Of a stretch of 33,217 bases of DNA, positions 17,041 through 26,471 are shown one piece after another (within the stretch, counting starts at the first letter, position 1; each line of letters begins with the position of its first letter). Origin of the DNA: a virus; IMG/VR virus record IMGVR_UViG_3300045988_037273, one strand, 5' to 3'. The translations under genes and the position numbers were made by a program. The notes below the pieces were generated by a model. It had not been told where the DNA came from. It saw only the letters and a program-made list of their open reading frames with translations, and searched no databases.

Positions 17041-17052
17041 AAAGATAAAGTT

Positions 17053-17328
17053 ATGGAAGAGCAGCAGTTTATCATCGATGAAGTAAAAAAGCATTTGCAG
17101 GCAAGCGCGAGAAAGAACAAATACCAAGTTATTGACGCAGTGCAGGAAATGCCGACGTTTGAAGGGTTTATACTCCCTTACTACGTATCTACAATGGAAG
17201 GAACGAGATACCCCGTGAATGTTGAGGATATGTATATCTACTGCGATGAGTGGGACGGGTTCTATAATGAGACGGTGACCAAGGTTGCACAAGCCATTTT
17301 GGAAGCCGAACAAATCAAAGAAGCATAA
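17053..17328 (+). CDS. hypothetical small acidic early protein
   Basis: 91 aa, with 17 D/E against 8 K/R by my count. First gene after a class I promoter. Confidence 0.7.
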   Translation: MEEQQFIIDEVKKHLQASARKNKYQVIDAVQEMPTFEGFILPYYVSTMEGTRYPVNVEDMYIYCDEWDGFYNETVTKVAQAILEAEQIKEA

Positions 17329-17361
17329 ATTAGTTATTCACCATATAAAAAGGAAAGGAAA

Positions 17362-17952
17362 ATGAAGATTACACCGTTAACAATCGATTTTGACGTTACA
17401 AACGAGCAAGAAGTAGCATTTGTAAATGAGCTTATGAACCGTCTATTTGGTAGTGTGCCCCTTAAGGCTATGTCAGCGCCTACAGAAAGCCCCGTAAACA
17501 GTACAAGCGTACCGACGTTTAGCGAACCTACACGGACCGCCGCACCCGTTCAAGAACTTAAGAAGGAAGCAAATCCCGAAGCCACAGCGGTAGCTATTGC
17601 AGAGGAAACAATTACCGAAGCTATCGCGGAAGTTAAAAAGGAAATTGGAAAACCCGTAACTGTCGGAAAGCCCGTAAAGCCAAAGACTGTAAAGGAAGCC
17701 CCGCAAGCGACGATTGAACCCGAACCCGTACAAGCTCCCACCGAAGAGGAGAAAGTCCCGGAAAAAGCCGAAAACAAGCCCCTAACGGCAAAAGATATGC
17801 AGGCGTTCATGATTGACTTAATGAAATCCGGGAAAATCACCCGTCCGCAATTAACGGATATTATGTTGGAATTCGGCGGCGCATCTCTTATGCGTATCAA
17901 GCCCGAGAAGTACGAGCTGCTGAAACAGCGTATCGAAACCTATAACGATTAA
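17362..17952 (+). CDS. hypothetical protein with a Pro/Glu/Lys-rich linker
   Basis: 196 aa: a short N-terminal domain, a low-complexity linker and a folded-looking C-terminal domain. Confidence 0.7.
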   Translation: MKITPLTIDFDVTNEQEVAFVNELMNRLFGSVPLKAMSAPTESPVNSTSVPTFSEPTRTAAPVQELKKEANPEATAVAIAEETITEAIAEVKKEIGKPVTVGKPVKPKTVKEAPQATIEPEPVQAPTEEEKVPEKAENKPLTAKDMQAFMIDLMKSGKITRPQLTDIMLEFGGASLMRIKPEKYELLKQRIETYND

Positions 17953-17957
17953 AAAGA

Positions 17958-19136
17958 ATGAAAGTACAGGTAGACCACACAAGCAGGGCACATGCCCTGC
18001 TTTCCCCGAGCAGCTCGCACCGCTGGCTTAACTGCACACCGTCCGCACGGTTAGAAGAACCATACGAAAGCACAAGTAGCGCAGCATCAGAAGAAGGAAC
18101 TGTAGCACATGAGTTAGCAGAATACGCCATAGAAAAGTATTTAGCCGGGGAATACCTACCATTATTGGACGAATTGCCCGTACCCGACGAGATACGTAAC
18201 AACAAATATTATAGTTCGGAAATGGAACACTACGTAACGGATTACGTGTGCTATGTGTGCGACATATACGAACTAGAGGAAGGCGCCGAAATGAGTATAG
18301 AACGAAAGTTCGATTTAACGGCATACGTTCCCGAGTGTTTCGGCAGCTGTGACTGTGATATAGTGGGCGAGAAGGTTCTAAACATCATAGACCTAAAATA
18401 CGGAAAGGGCGTACAAGTGGACGCCGATGGGAATAGTCAGTTAATGATGTACGCTATAGGGGTGCTTGACTCCCTGGAACCACACCACCGCGCGAAGATT
18501 GAAAAAGTACGTATGCACATCGCACAAGTACGGTTAGGCAATTACTCGGTATCCGAGATGTCCGCACGGGACTTGACCCACTGGGCAATACACGTACTTC
18601 GTCCCACCGCTGAAAAGGCATGGGCAGGACAAGGGGAAACCAAAGTAGGCAGCCATTGTAAGTTCTGCAAGTTCAAAGCGCAATGCAGGGCACAGAAAGA
18701 GGCTTTAGTTAGCGAGTTCGAGACACACGGGGACACCAAGGCGCTAACGCTTGACGAGATAGGCGATATACTAAGCAAGTCCGATATGTTCACCGACTGG
18801 CTGGTCTCGGTTAAGACTTTCGCAATGCAAGCCGCTACACGGGGCGAAAAGGTCAAGGGGTGGAAACTCGTAGAGGGTAGGTCGGTACGTGTCATAAACG
18901 ACACGGAAACAGCCATAGAACGCCTAAAAGCTTTAGGTTTCTCAACCGAGGACATAACTAACAGCAAATTGAAAGGTATCGGAGACCTTGAACGCCTGGT
19001 TGGTAAAAAAACGCTTGCAGCAACACTTGACGGGCTGATAGTCAAGCCGCAAGGACTGCCGACATTAGCCCCGGAAAGCGATAAGCGCGAGGAATTAAGC
19101 CCTACTATTGATGACTTCGAGGAATTAAATTCATAA
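17958..19136 (+). CDS. DUF2800-family PD-(D/E)XK (Cas4-like) nuclease
   Basis: N-terminal HALLSPSSSHRWLNCTPSARLEE signature, a D...DLKYGKG nuclease core and a C-terminal Cys cluster CKFCKFKAQC. Confidence 0.85.
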   Translation: MKVQVDHTSRAHALLSPSSSHRWLNCTPSARLEEPYESTSSAASEEGTVAHELAEYAIEKYLAGEYLPLLDELPVPDEIRNNKYYSSEMEHYVTDYVCYVCDIYELEEGAEMSIERKFDLTAYVPECFGSCDCDIVGEKVLNIIDLKYGKGVQVDADGNSQLMMYAIGVLDSLEPHHRAKIEKVRMHIAQVRLGNYSVSEMSARDLTHWAIHVLRPTAEKAWAGQGETKVGSHCKFCKFKAQCRAQKEALVSEFETHGDTKALTLDEIGDILSKSDMFTDWLVSVKTFAMQAATRGEKVKGWKLVEGRSVRVINDTETAIERLKALGFSTEDITNSKLKGIGDLERLVGKKTLAATLDGLIVKPQGLPTLAPESDKREELSPTIDDFEELNS

Positions 19137-19141
19137 AAGAA

Positions 19142-19201
19142 GTTAACGAAAGAACCAACTTATCAGATAAAGCGTTATACTTGCATTATCAATTTAAAAA
19201 C
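19142..19201 (+). promoter_or_regulatory. class I promoter cassette (GTTAAC 19142-19147; -7 box TATACTTG 19176-19183)
   Basis: GTTAACGAAAGAACCAAC...AAAGCGTTATACTTGCATTATCAATTTAAAAAC. Confidence 0.6.
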
Positions 19202-19209
19202 AAAACGAT

Positions 19210-19512
19210 ATGAAAAGTAACAGCGGTATTTTAACGGAGAAAGAGATTCAAGAAAGAACCAAGTTTTGGAATAAAAAGCAATTCCGTACCTGGAGCAAGG
19301 AAGAACTCGAAAGAACCTCTAAAGACATGCAAAATCTTTTGGTAGCTATAAAGGGGTTCAGCGTGGACGAGATTAAGGCTATTAGAAAGTCAGACCGGTA
19401 TGGCTTTAGAGGGAAAAATGACCCGAAGTATATCATATGGCTGGCATACCGAAGCGAATTAGATTATGCTATTTCAATAGCGCCAAAAACTTTTAAAGTT
19501 AAACAAGGTTAA
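19210..19512 (+). CDS. hypothetical protein
   Basis: 100-aa basic ORF downstream of a promoter cassette. Confidence 0.7.
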   Translation: MKSNSGILTEKEIQERTKFWNKKQFRTWSKEELERTSKDMQNLLVAIKGFSVDEIKAIRKSDRYGFRGKNDPKYIIWLAYRSELDYAISIAPKTFKVKQG

Positions 19513-19567
19513 CAGAATAAACAACTTATTGATTTATTTGTTATCTTTGCGGCATCAAATTAAAAAC
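19508..19567 (+). promoter_or_regulatory. diverged class I promoter cassette (GTTAAC 19508-19513; -7 box TATCTTTG 19542-19549)
   Basis: GTTAACAGAATAAACAAC...GTTATCTTTGCGGCATCAAATTAAAAAC. Confidence 0.55.
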
Positions 19568-19612
19568 GGAACGCCCGAACCGATTAGAGGGCAAAAACAA
19601 AAATTGTAGAAT

Positions 19613-20152
19613 ATGAAAGCAATGATTAAGAACGTGAGATTGAGCTATGTTAGATTGTTTGAAGCGCAACAAGTCAACGGACAAGGAGAAGCAAGTTACA
19701 GTGTATGCTTATTGATTCCGAAGGATAGCCCGGAAGTCCCAAAGATTAGGGAAGCTATAGAACAAGAATTCAGGGGACTGAAATCCCGTTACCCGAAACT
19801 GAACGGCAAGGACCCGAAAGTATGGACTAACCCGTTACGGGATGGGGATGCAGAGAAAGACGGTGCGGAGTATCAAGGTTGCTACTTTATCAACGCAAAG
19901 CGTAAAGAGAAGCAAGGCGCGCCTATCGTAATTGACGGCAGAAAACAGTATATCACAGACCCGAACGAGGTTTATAGCGGTTCTTGGGGCAATGTAGCCG
20001 TATCATTTTACCCTTATGAGTTTACCGGGAAGTACGGTATTGGTGTAGGTTTGAACGGTGTGCAGAAGACGAGAGACGACGAAAGACTGGACGGCGGTAC
20101 AAGTATTGATGACTTCGATTTTGAAGACGAGAACGACGACCTTTTCAACTAA
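19613..20152 (+). CDS. DUF2815-family single-stranded DNA-binding protein (T7 gp2.5-like)
   Basis: N-terminal VRLSYVRLFE...YSVCLLIPK pattern and an acidic C-terminal tail DDFDFEDENDDLFN. Confidence 0.85.
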   Translation: MKAMIKNVRLSYVRLFEAQQVNGQGEASYSVCLLIPKDSPEVPKIREAIEQEFRGLKSRYPKLNGKDPKVWTNPLRDGDAEKDGAEYQGCYFINAKRKEKQGAPIVIDGRKQYITDPNEVYSGSWGNVAVSFYPYEFTGKYGIGVGLNGVQKTRDDERLDGGTSIDDFDFEDENDDLFN

Positions 20153-20177
20153 TAACTGAATTAGACAAATCAATAAC

Positions 20178-20198
20178 TGGGCGGTGTAATACCGCCCA
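20178..20198 (+). terminator. stem-loop after the SSB gene (weak terminator)
   Basis: TGGGCGGT-GTAAT-ACCGCCCA, an 8-bp stem followed by an A-run rather than a T-run. Confidence 0.35.
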
Positions 20199-20214
20199 AA
20201 AATAAAAAGCAAAA

Positions 20215-21315
20215 ATGGGAAAGTACGATTCGTACGTAAACGAAGAAGGTGTTAGAATTTCAAAGGTGACGGGAAAACCGTTGAAAAAATATAATAAGGT
20301 AAACAAGGCATACTGGGCAGCCCGTGAGGGCAAAGCAGTTGTGGGCGTACAACAACCTACAGTAGAGGTAGACCCGTTGATAGAGGAGCTTAAAAGCTAT
20401 TACAACGAGGAAGAGCTAAAGGGTATTATCGGTTTGAAGAAGGACGCGCCGCCCGTCGAACTGGTAGACATCACACCGAAGAAAAAGACATCGCTCGATG
20501 AGGGAAACACTGGTTTTCTTATTGCATCAGACTGGCATGCCGACGAAGTAGTAAAAGCCTCTACAGTATTGGGCAAAAACGAGTATAACAAGGATATCGC
20601 AGAAAAGCGTATCACTAATTTCTTTGCTAATGCCGCGTACATGATAAAGAAAAAGCCGGTAGATAACTTGGTTATCAGTTTGATTGGCGATATGATAGGC
20701 GGCTACATACACCCCGAACTCGAGCAAACGAATAGCATGTCGCCGATGCGCGGTGTTAACTTCGTTAAGAACCTAATTATTTCCGGGCTTAAATATCTGC
20801 ACGACCAGCTACCCGAGGTTAACAAAATTACTGTCATCGGTATTTGCGGAAACCATTCAAGAACTACAAAAAAGATGCAGTTTAGCAACGGTTTCGAGAT
20901 GAATTATGAGTATTTCATGTACAAGGACATCGAACGCGCCCTGACACTTATGGGGCTTACCAAATTTAGCTTTATCATTCCGGAAAGTGAATTTGCTTAT
21001 ATCGACGTGTACGGAAAGAAAGTGTTATTTGCACACGGGCATCAATTCCGCACGGCTGGCGGTATCGGAGGTATTTACCCGTCGATGATGAGGTGGTACG
21101 CAAAGATGAACCAAACGATACATATTGATAAAGCCTTTATCGGACATTATCACCAAATGGTATATACCAAAGAGGTTTGTGTTAACGGCTCTCTGAAAGG
21201 TTTCGACGCGTTCGCAATGGGGCACGGACTGGCATACGAAGAACCACAGCAAACATACGTAATTCTTAACGAAAAACGAGGATTTATTTTCTACTCACCT
21301 ATTTTTGCAGATTAA
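20215..21315 (+). CDS. calcineurin-like metallophosphoesterase
   Basis: Ordered motifs DWHAD, GDMIGG, GNHSR, AHGHQ and GHYHQ. Confidence 0.8.
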   Translation: MGKYDSYVNEEGVRISKVTGKPLKKYNKVNKAYWAAREGKAVVGVQQPTVEVDPLIEELKSYYNEEELKGIIGLKKDAPPVELVDITPKKKTSLDEGNTGFLIASDWHADEVVKASTVLGKNEYNKDIAEKRITNFFANAAYMIKKKPVDNLVISLIGDMIGGYIHPELEQTNSMSPMRGVNFVKNLIISGLKYLHDQLPEVNKITVIGICGNHSRTTKKMQFSNGFEMNYEYFMYKDIERALTLMGLTKFSFIIPESEFAYIDVYGKKVLFAHGHQFRTAGGIGGIYPSMMRWYAKMNQTIHIDKAFIGHYHQMVYTKEVCVNGSLKGFDAFAMGHGLAYEEPQQTYVILNEKRGFIFYSPIFAD

Positions 21316-21318
21316 GTT

Positions 21319-21360
21319 AAAAGGCTACTGATTGTTAAATAAATGCAATTAGTAGCCTTT
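21319..21360 (+). terminator. intrinsic terminator
   Basis: AAAAGGCTACTGATTG / CAATTAGTAGCCTTT stem with one G-U pair, followed by T-rich sequence. Confidence 0.7.
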
Positions 21361-21386
21361 CTTCTTGTTTATTAAAAACATTGCCG

Positions 21387-21394
21387 TACCTTTG
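21387..21394 (+). promoter_or_regulatory. candidate -7 box (TACCTTTG) upstream of the DNA polymerase gene
   Basis: Exact TAnnTTTG match 36 nt upstream of the ATG at 21431, with a CAATTAAAAC leader. Confidence 0.5.
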
Positions 21395-21430
21395 CCGTTA
21401 TAACAGTATTAACAATTAAAACAATGAGTT

Positions 21431-23449
21431 ATGAGACATCTGTTTATTGACTTTGAAACGTATTCCGAAACGGACATCGAAAAAGCTGGTAACTATAAAT
21501 ACTGTGAGGACGAGAATTTTGAAATACTCCTTTGCGGCTACATGTGGGACACCGATACGGACGTTACAATAATCGACCTAACAAAGCCCGGAGGGCTGGG
21601 TGAGTTCAACGAGTTGTTCACGTATGTACAGAACAACGGGGACGTTGTGATAGTAGCACACAACGCTACTTTTGAGCGTATCTGTCTGCGCGAGTACGGG
21701 TTTGACATCAACCCTATGCGTTTTTTCTGTACCGCTAACATGTCATTGTATTGCGGTATGCCTGCATCACTGGAAGCGGTATCTAATATTCTAAATCTCG
21801 ATGATAAGAAGAAGGGCACGGGAAAGAACCTTATCCGTTATTTTTCAATTCCGTGCAAGCCTACCAAAACAAACGGAGGTCGCACACGTAATTTGCCGGA
21901 ACACGCCCCCGAGGACTGGGAGGAGTTTATAGATTACCTACGTTATGATGTGCTTTCAGAAAAGGAAATATTCGGTAAGTTGTCCCGGTTTGAATTCCCG
22001 GAAGAAGAGCAGCGCATCTATGCGGCAGACCAGCGTATAAACGATTATGGCATACTGGCAGACCTCGAGCTGGCACACGCCGCGCAGGATATGGACGAAG
22101 AATATAAAGCACGCCTAACCGAAAGAGCCAAAAAAGAATTTGGACTAAGCTCCTTAAAGTCCATGCCGCAGCTTAAGGGCTTCATTGAAGAGCGTACGGG
22201 CGTGGTTATTGATTCACTCAATAAGAATAGCATCGGGGAAGTTATAAAGACCGTGACGAGCCTTAAAAACATTACCGATGAGGATAAGCAAGCAGTGTTA
22301 GACGTTATAGACCTACGCAGGGAGATAGGCAAAACATCGAACGCCAAGTACACCGCTATACTTGCAAGCGCGGGGCGGGGTAACCGTATCAGAGGTTTGT
22401 TCCGTTACTACGGTGCGAACCGTACCGGGCGATGGGCTGGGCGGTTGGTTCAACTACAGAACCTGCCGCAGAACCATATCGAGGACTTGGACGGGGCACG
22501 AGAACTGGCAAAGATGCACGATTTGGATATGATGGAAGTTATATATGACAAGCCTACACACATACTATCGCAGCTTATACGTACCGCGTTTATTGCCCCC
22601 GAAGGGTACACGTTCGCTGTAGCTGACTTCTCGGCGATTGAGGCACGTGTAATTGCCTGGGTTGCTAACGAACAATGGCGTTTGGACTTATTTAACGACC
22701 CGAAGGCTGATATATATTGCGCTTCTGCGTCTAAAATGTTCGGTGTCCCGGTGCACAAGGGCGACGACTTAAGGCAGCGCGGTAAGGTAGCGGAGCTTGC
22801 ACTCGGATACGGCGGCGGCGTCAACGCCCTTACCACAATGGATATTAAAAAAGCGTTAACAGACGAAGAAAAACCTCAAATACTGTCAAAATGGAGAGAA
22901 GCTAATAAAAAAATAGTATCTTTGTGGCGTTCGTTAGAAGACAGCGCAAAAAGATGTATCGGAACAAGGCGTGAACAAGTCTATAAGATAGACGATGTTT
23001 CAAGTATTATATTTCGATATGAGAGCGGCGCAATGACTATTGAGCTACCAAGCGGTAGAAAGCTGTTCTACCCGTCTGCAAGAATGGGAAAACGTACTAT
23101 CGAGGGCGTTAACGGCTCGTTTGAGGTTGAGGCTATATCCTACATGGGTCAAGACCAAACCTCCGGGAAATGGGTTAAGCTAAACACATACGGCGGCAAG
23201 TTAACCGAGAACGTTGTGCAGGCGATAGCCCGTGACTTGCTGGCGAATGCGATTTTTAAGGTATTTGATTTAGGTTTTAATATCGTGCTGCATGTTCACG
23301 ATGAGATAGCCGCCGAGATACCGAAAGGCGGAAACGAAGAAAGGACGCTGCAAATAATGAGCGATGCCATGTGCAGCGCCCCGAGTTGGGCAAAGGGCAT
23401 ACCATTAAGAGCAGCGGGCTATATTACTGAATATTACAAAAAAGATTAA
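21431..23449 (+). CDS. family A DNA polymerase with a 3'-5' exonuclease domain
   Basis: Exo motifs FIDFETYS, VAHNATFE and YLRYDV. Pol motif A is ADFSAIEARV, motif B is RQRGKVAELALGYGGG and motif C is HVHDE. Confidence 0.95.
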   Translation: MRHLFIDFETYSETDIEKAGNYKYCEDENFEILLCGYMWDTDTDVTIIDLTKPGGLGEFNELFTYVQNNGDVVIVAHNATFERICLREYGFDINPMRFFCTANMSLYCGMPASLEAVSNILNLDDKKKGTGKNLIRYFSIPCKPTKTNGGRTRNLPEHAPEDWEEFIDYLRYDVLSEKEIFGKLSRFEFPEEEQRIYAADQRINDYGILADLELAHAAQDMDEEYKARLTERAKKEFGLSSLKSMPQLKGFIEERTGVVIDSLNKNSIGEVIKTVTSLKNITDEDKQAVLDVIDLRREIGKTSNAKYTAILASAGRGNRIRGLFRYYGANRTGRWAGRLVQLQNLPQNHIEDLDGARELAKMHDLDMMEVIYDKPTHILSQLIRTAFIAPEGYTFAVADFSAIEARVIAWVANEQWRLDLFNDPKADIYCASASKMFGVPVHKGDDLRQRGKVAELALGYGGGVNALTTMDIKKALTDEEKPQILSKWREANKKIVSLWRSLEDSAKRCIGTRREQVYKIDDVSSIIFRYESGAMTIELPSGRKLFYPSARMGKRTIEGVNGSFEVEAISYMGQDQTSGKWVKLNTYGGKLTENVVQAIARDLLANAIFKVFDLGFNIVLHVHDEIAAEIPKGGNEERTLQIMSDAMCSAPSWAKGIPLRAAGYITEYYKKD

Positions 23450-23453
23450 ATTT

Positions 23454-25892
23454 ATGGATTTACGGAAAATGATTTTTAAAATTGCTACAGCGAGCAGCGC
23501 GAAGTCTACTTCATGGAAAAACCGTTCTTACTCATGGGACGAGTTGACCGAGAAGCTGGCAAGGGCAAAGGTTACGGATGAGACGTACCGCGAGTTTATA
23601 AGCGCGAGCAAAGCCGAGCAGGGTAATATTAAAGACGTAGGAGCCTTCATGGGCGGCGAGTTGTTCGGCAGCCGTAGAAACAAAAACAATATCGGGGAGC
23701 GTTCCATTTTGGCGCTTGACATTGACTACGGGGAAAAGAACTTTCCCGAAATGTTCTACTCGGTTATCAATTGCGCGTGTATCATTCACGGAACGCACAA
23801 GCATAACCCGAAGGCGAATACGCTCCGTTACCGTGTTATCATCCCGTTGTCCGAGCCAGTGGACGGGGAGCAATACGAAGCCATCGCCCGAAAGGTTGCG
23901 GAGTTAACGGGTATCGACTTGTACGACAGAACGACGTTTCAACCCGAGCGCTGCATGTTTTTCCCCTCGGTTTCCCGGGATGTAGACTATGAGTTTATAG
24001 ATTACTCGGCGTTTAACGAAAACCCTTTGGACGTGCAAAAGTATCTGGGCATGTACGACGATTGGAGCGATACTACCGAATGGGCATACCACAAGGACGA
24101 GAAGGGCGAAGCCCGGACGCTTGCTAAAGAACAGCAAGACCCCACACTAAAGGAGGGCAATGTAGGAGACTTTTGCCGGGCATACACGATTAGCGAGGTT
24201 ATCGCGGAATACCTATCGGACGTTTACGAACCCACCGAGCAGGCGGATAGATGGACATATACGGGTGGCTCCACATCGGGCGGCATGCTTACGTTTAATG
24301 ATATGTTTGCTTATTCGTTCCATAATAATGACCCCATCCAGGGCAACCACGTGTTCAACGCCTACGACCTTGTACGTGTACACAAGTTCGGTAAACTGGA
24401 CAAGGGCTCGGATAGAAAGAATTCCACCGAGGCTATGAACGAACTTGTAAACAAGGACCCGAAGGTAGCAGCGGCACGTGCCCGGATGCTGGCGGTTAAG
24501 GCTGGCGAAATAATGGACACTTTCGACGACGTTATAGAAGTAGAGGAGGCGACGGATGCCGATGTGGCAACAACGTATGAGGACGCAATGGCGAAACTGG
24601 AAACGGATAGGCGCGGCGCATATCTCCCATCAGCGAAGAACCTCGGTTTGATAATGAAGTATGACCCTAATCTAAAGGGGCTTATTGCACGAGACCTTTT
24701 CAAGGAACGCCGGGTTGTTACACGCGTACCTCTATGGCGCGCAAAGGATAGTTCTTTGGACTTCCAGGACGTGGACTACGCGGGCGTACGTAAACACATC
24801 GAGGACGTTTACGGCATATCGAATAGCGCAAAGATTGACGACGCCATAGCACTATCCGCAGAGATGAATTCTTTCCACCCCGTGCAGGAATACCTAACCA
24901 AATTAAAGTGGGACGGTATCGAAAGAGTTGATAAAGCGCTTATCCATGTCATGGGAGCGGAAGATAACATATACACCCGTGAAGCATTCCGTATCATGAT
25001 GGTAGGCGCGGTTAAGCGTATCTTCCAAAAGGGCTGCAAGTTCGATAGTATGTTAGTGTTACAGTCCGAGCAGGGCGCCGGGAAAAGCACATTCATCCGA
25101 AAGCTGGGCAAACACTGGTTCTCTGATAGCCTTTCGAGCATGGACGGCAAGGGGGCGTTTGAACAGCTGCAAGGTAACTGGATATTAGAGGTTGCGGAGT
25201 TGTCAGCGATGCGACGTTCAGAGGTTGAAGGCGTGAAAAACTTCATTTCCAAAACAGAGGACAGCTACAGACCGGCATACGGACGTGTTACGAAGAACTT
25301 TCCCCGGCAGTGTATCTTTGTAGGTACGACGAACCGGGACGAATTTTTAAAAGACGACACGGGCGGCAGACGGTTTTTGCCCGTGAAGGTTAAGGCAAAC
25401 GCTAATACGCATCTTATCTTTGAGAAGGGGTTCGATGATTACGTAGACCAGCTATGGGCGGAAGCCGTACAAATGTATTTCCGAAAAGTGAGTACGTTGT
25501 TATCCCGTGAAGCCGAGGAAATCGCCGAGAAAGGACGCGAAGAGCATTTCGAGGCAGACCCCCGTACTGCATCAGTAGAAGCGTATTTGAATATGCTTGT
25601 GCCGTCAGATTGGAGACGTATGTATGTGAATGAAAGGCGCATGTACTTTAGAGAATACGACGCATCGAAGGCAGACCCGGAAGACTTTACACTGGAAAAG
25701 ATGGACTTCGTATCTATTATGCAAATAGCTACAGATGTGTTCGAGATGGAAGTAGGGCGCGTAACCACTAAGGAAAGCCGCGAGATAGCCGCCATCATGT
25801 CTAAAGTACAAGGGTGGCAACGCGCGGCGAACGGAAAAACCGTCGCAGGTATCGGACGCACACGAGGATATGAGCGTATTGTTAACGGGTGA
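23454..25892 (+). CDS. primase-polymerase / VirE-D5-like helicase fusion
   Basis: N-terminal prim-pol-like region (LALDIDYG...RVIIP...CMFFPS). C-terminal P-loop SEQGAGKSTF, with Walker B ILEVAEL. Confidence 0.85.
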   Translation: MDLRKMIFKIATASSAKSTSWKNRSYSWDELTEKLARAKVTDETYREFISASKAEQGNIKDVGAFMGGELFGSRRNKNNIGERSILALDIDYGEKNFPEMFYSVINCACIIHGTHKHNPKANTLRYRVIIPLSEPVDGEQYEAIARKVAELTGIDLYDRTTFQPERCMFFPSVSRDVDYEFIDYSAFNENPLDVQKYLGMYDDWSDTTEWAYHKDEKGEARTLAKEQQDPTLKEGNVGDFCRAYTISEVIAEYLSDVYEPTEQADRWTYTGGSTSGGMLTFNDMFAYSFHNNDPIQGNHVFNAYDLVRVHKFGKLDKGSDRKNSTEAMNELVNKDPKVAAARARMLAVKAGEIMDTFDDVIEVEEATDADVATTYEDAMAKLETDRRGAYLPSAKNLGLIMKYDPNLKGLIARDLFKERRVVTRVPLWRAKDSSLDFQDVDYAGVRKHIEDVYGISNSAKIDDAIALSAEMNSFHPVQEYLTKLKWDGIERVDKALIHVMGAEDNIYTREAFRIMMVGAVKRIFQKGCKFDSMLVLQSEQGAGKSTFIRKLGKHWFSDSLSSMDGKGAFEQLQGNWILEVAELSAMRRSEVEGVKNFISKTEDSYRPAYGRVTKNFPRQCIFVGTTNRDEFLKDDTGGRRFLPVKVKANANTHLIFEKGFDDYVDQLWAEAVQMYFRKVSTLLSREAEEIAEKGREEHFEADPRTASVEAYLNMLVPSDWRRMYVNERRMYFREYDASKADPEDFTLEKMDFVSIMQIATDVFEMEVGRVTTKESREIAAIMSKVQGWQRAANGKTVAGIGRTRGYERIVNG

Positions 25893-25976
25893 TAACAGAG
25901 GGGGCATAAAAGCCTCCCCCCAAATGTTAACTAACTATTAACAGAATAACTGAATGAGATTTATTTCTTAAATGGT

Positions 25977-26052
25977 GTTAACGGAATATACAACCTATTG
26001 TTATTTGCCGTATATTTGTAATGTCAAAAGGAAATAATAACAATTTAAAAAC
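25977..26052 (+). promoter_or_regulatory. class II promoter cassette (GTTAAC 25977-25982; -7 box TATATTTG 26011-26018)
   Basis: Nearly identical to 16542-16587. It ends in the class I leader CAATTTAAAAAC. Confidence 0.6.
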
Positions 26053-26060
26053 AAAAGATT

Positions 26061-26471
26061 ATGAAAAAGTTAGTAGTTTTAGCGGTGTTAATTCTTACAA
26101 GTGTATCAATGTTTTCGCAGATTACAAGTCAAGGTAAGCCGGACGTATTAAAGTCCTTCCGCATGGGCGTTTGCAAATTGGTGGATACAGACGGGTCTAT
26201 AACCATTGAGGCAGTAACGCGTGAGACCGAAAGGTATATTATGAAAGTCTATTTGGGTACGCCCGAGGAAGCGGCGGTAACGCTTGCAAGCCTTGCAGAA
26301 TACAAGCCCGGTAAGGGCGAGACGGTGAACCTCAACAACCCGAGCAACAACGAGGCATATTTCCAAAAGCTTAACGGCACATGGGTTATCACCGAGAAGT
26401 CAACGGAGCTTTTCAGCATTGCAGTTAGCCGTGGAGAGCTTAGGAAAATGGTCGAAGCGTTGGAAAATTAA
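26061..26471 (+). CDS. exported protein of unknown function
   Basis: N-terminal signal-peptide-like MKKLVVLAVLILTSVSMFSQ with no lipobox Cys. Has its own promoter. Confidence 0.7.
   Translation: MKKLVVLAVLILTSVSMFSQITSQGKPDVLKSFRMGVCKLVDTDGSITIEAVTRETERYIMKVYLGTPEEAAVTLASLAEYKPGKGETVNLNNPSNNEAYFQKLNGTWVITEKSTELFSIAVSRGELRKMVEALEN

Noticed and set aside
25893-25925. G/C-rich segment GAGGGGGCATAAAAGCCTCCCCCC as a terminator after the primase gene
   Set aside because: Only about 4-5 bp can pair without bulges, and there is no T-run. It is too weak to call.
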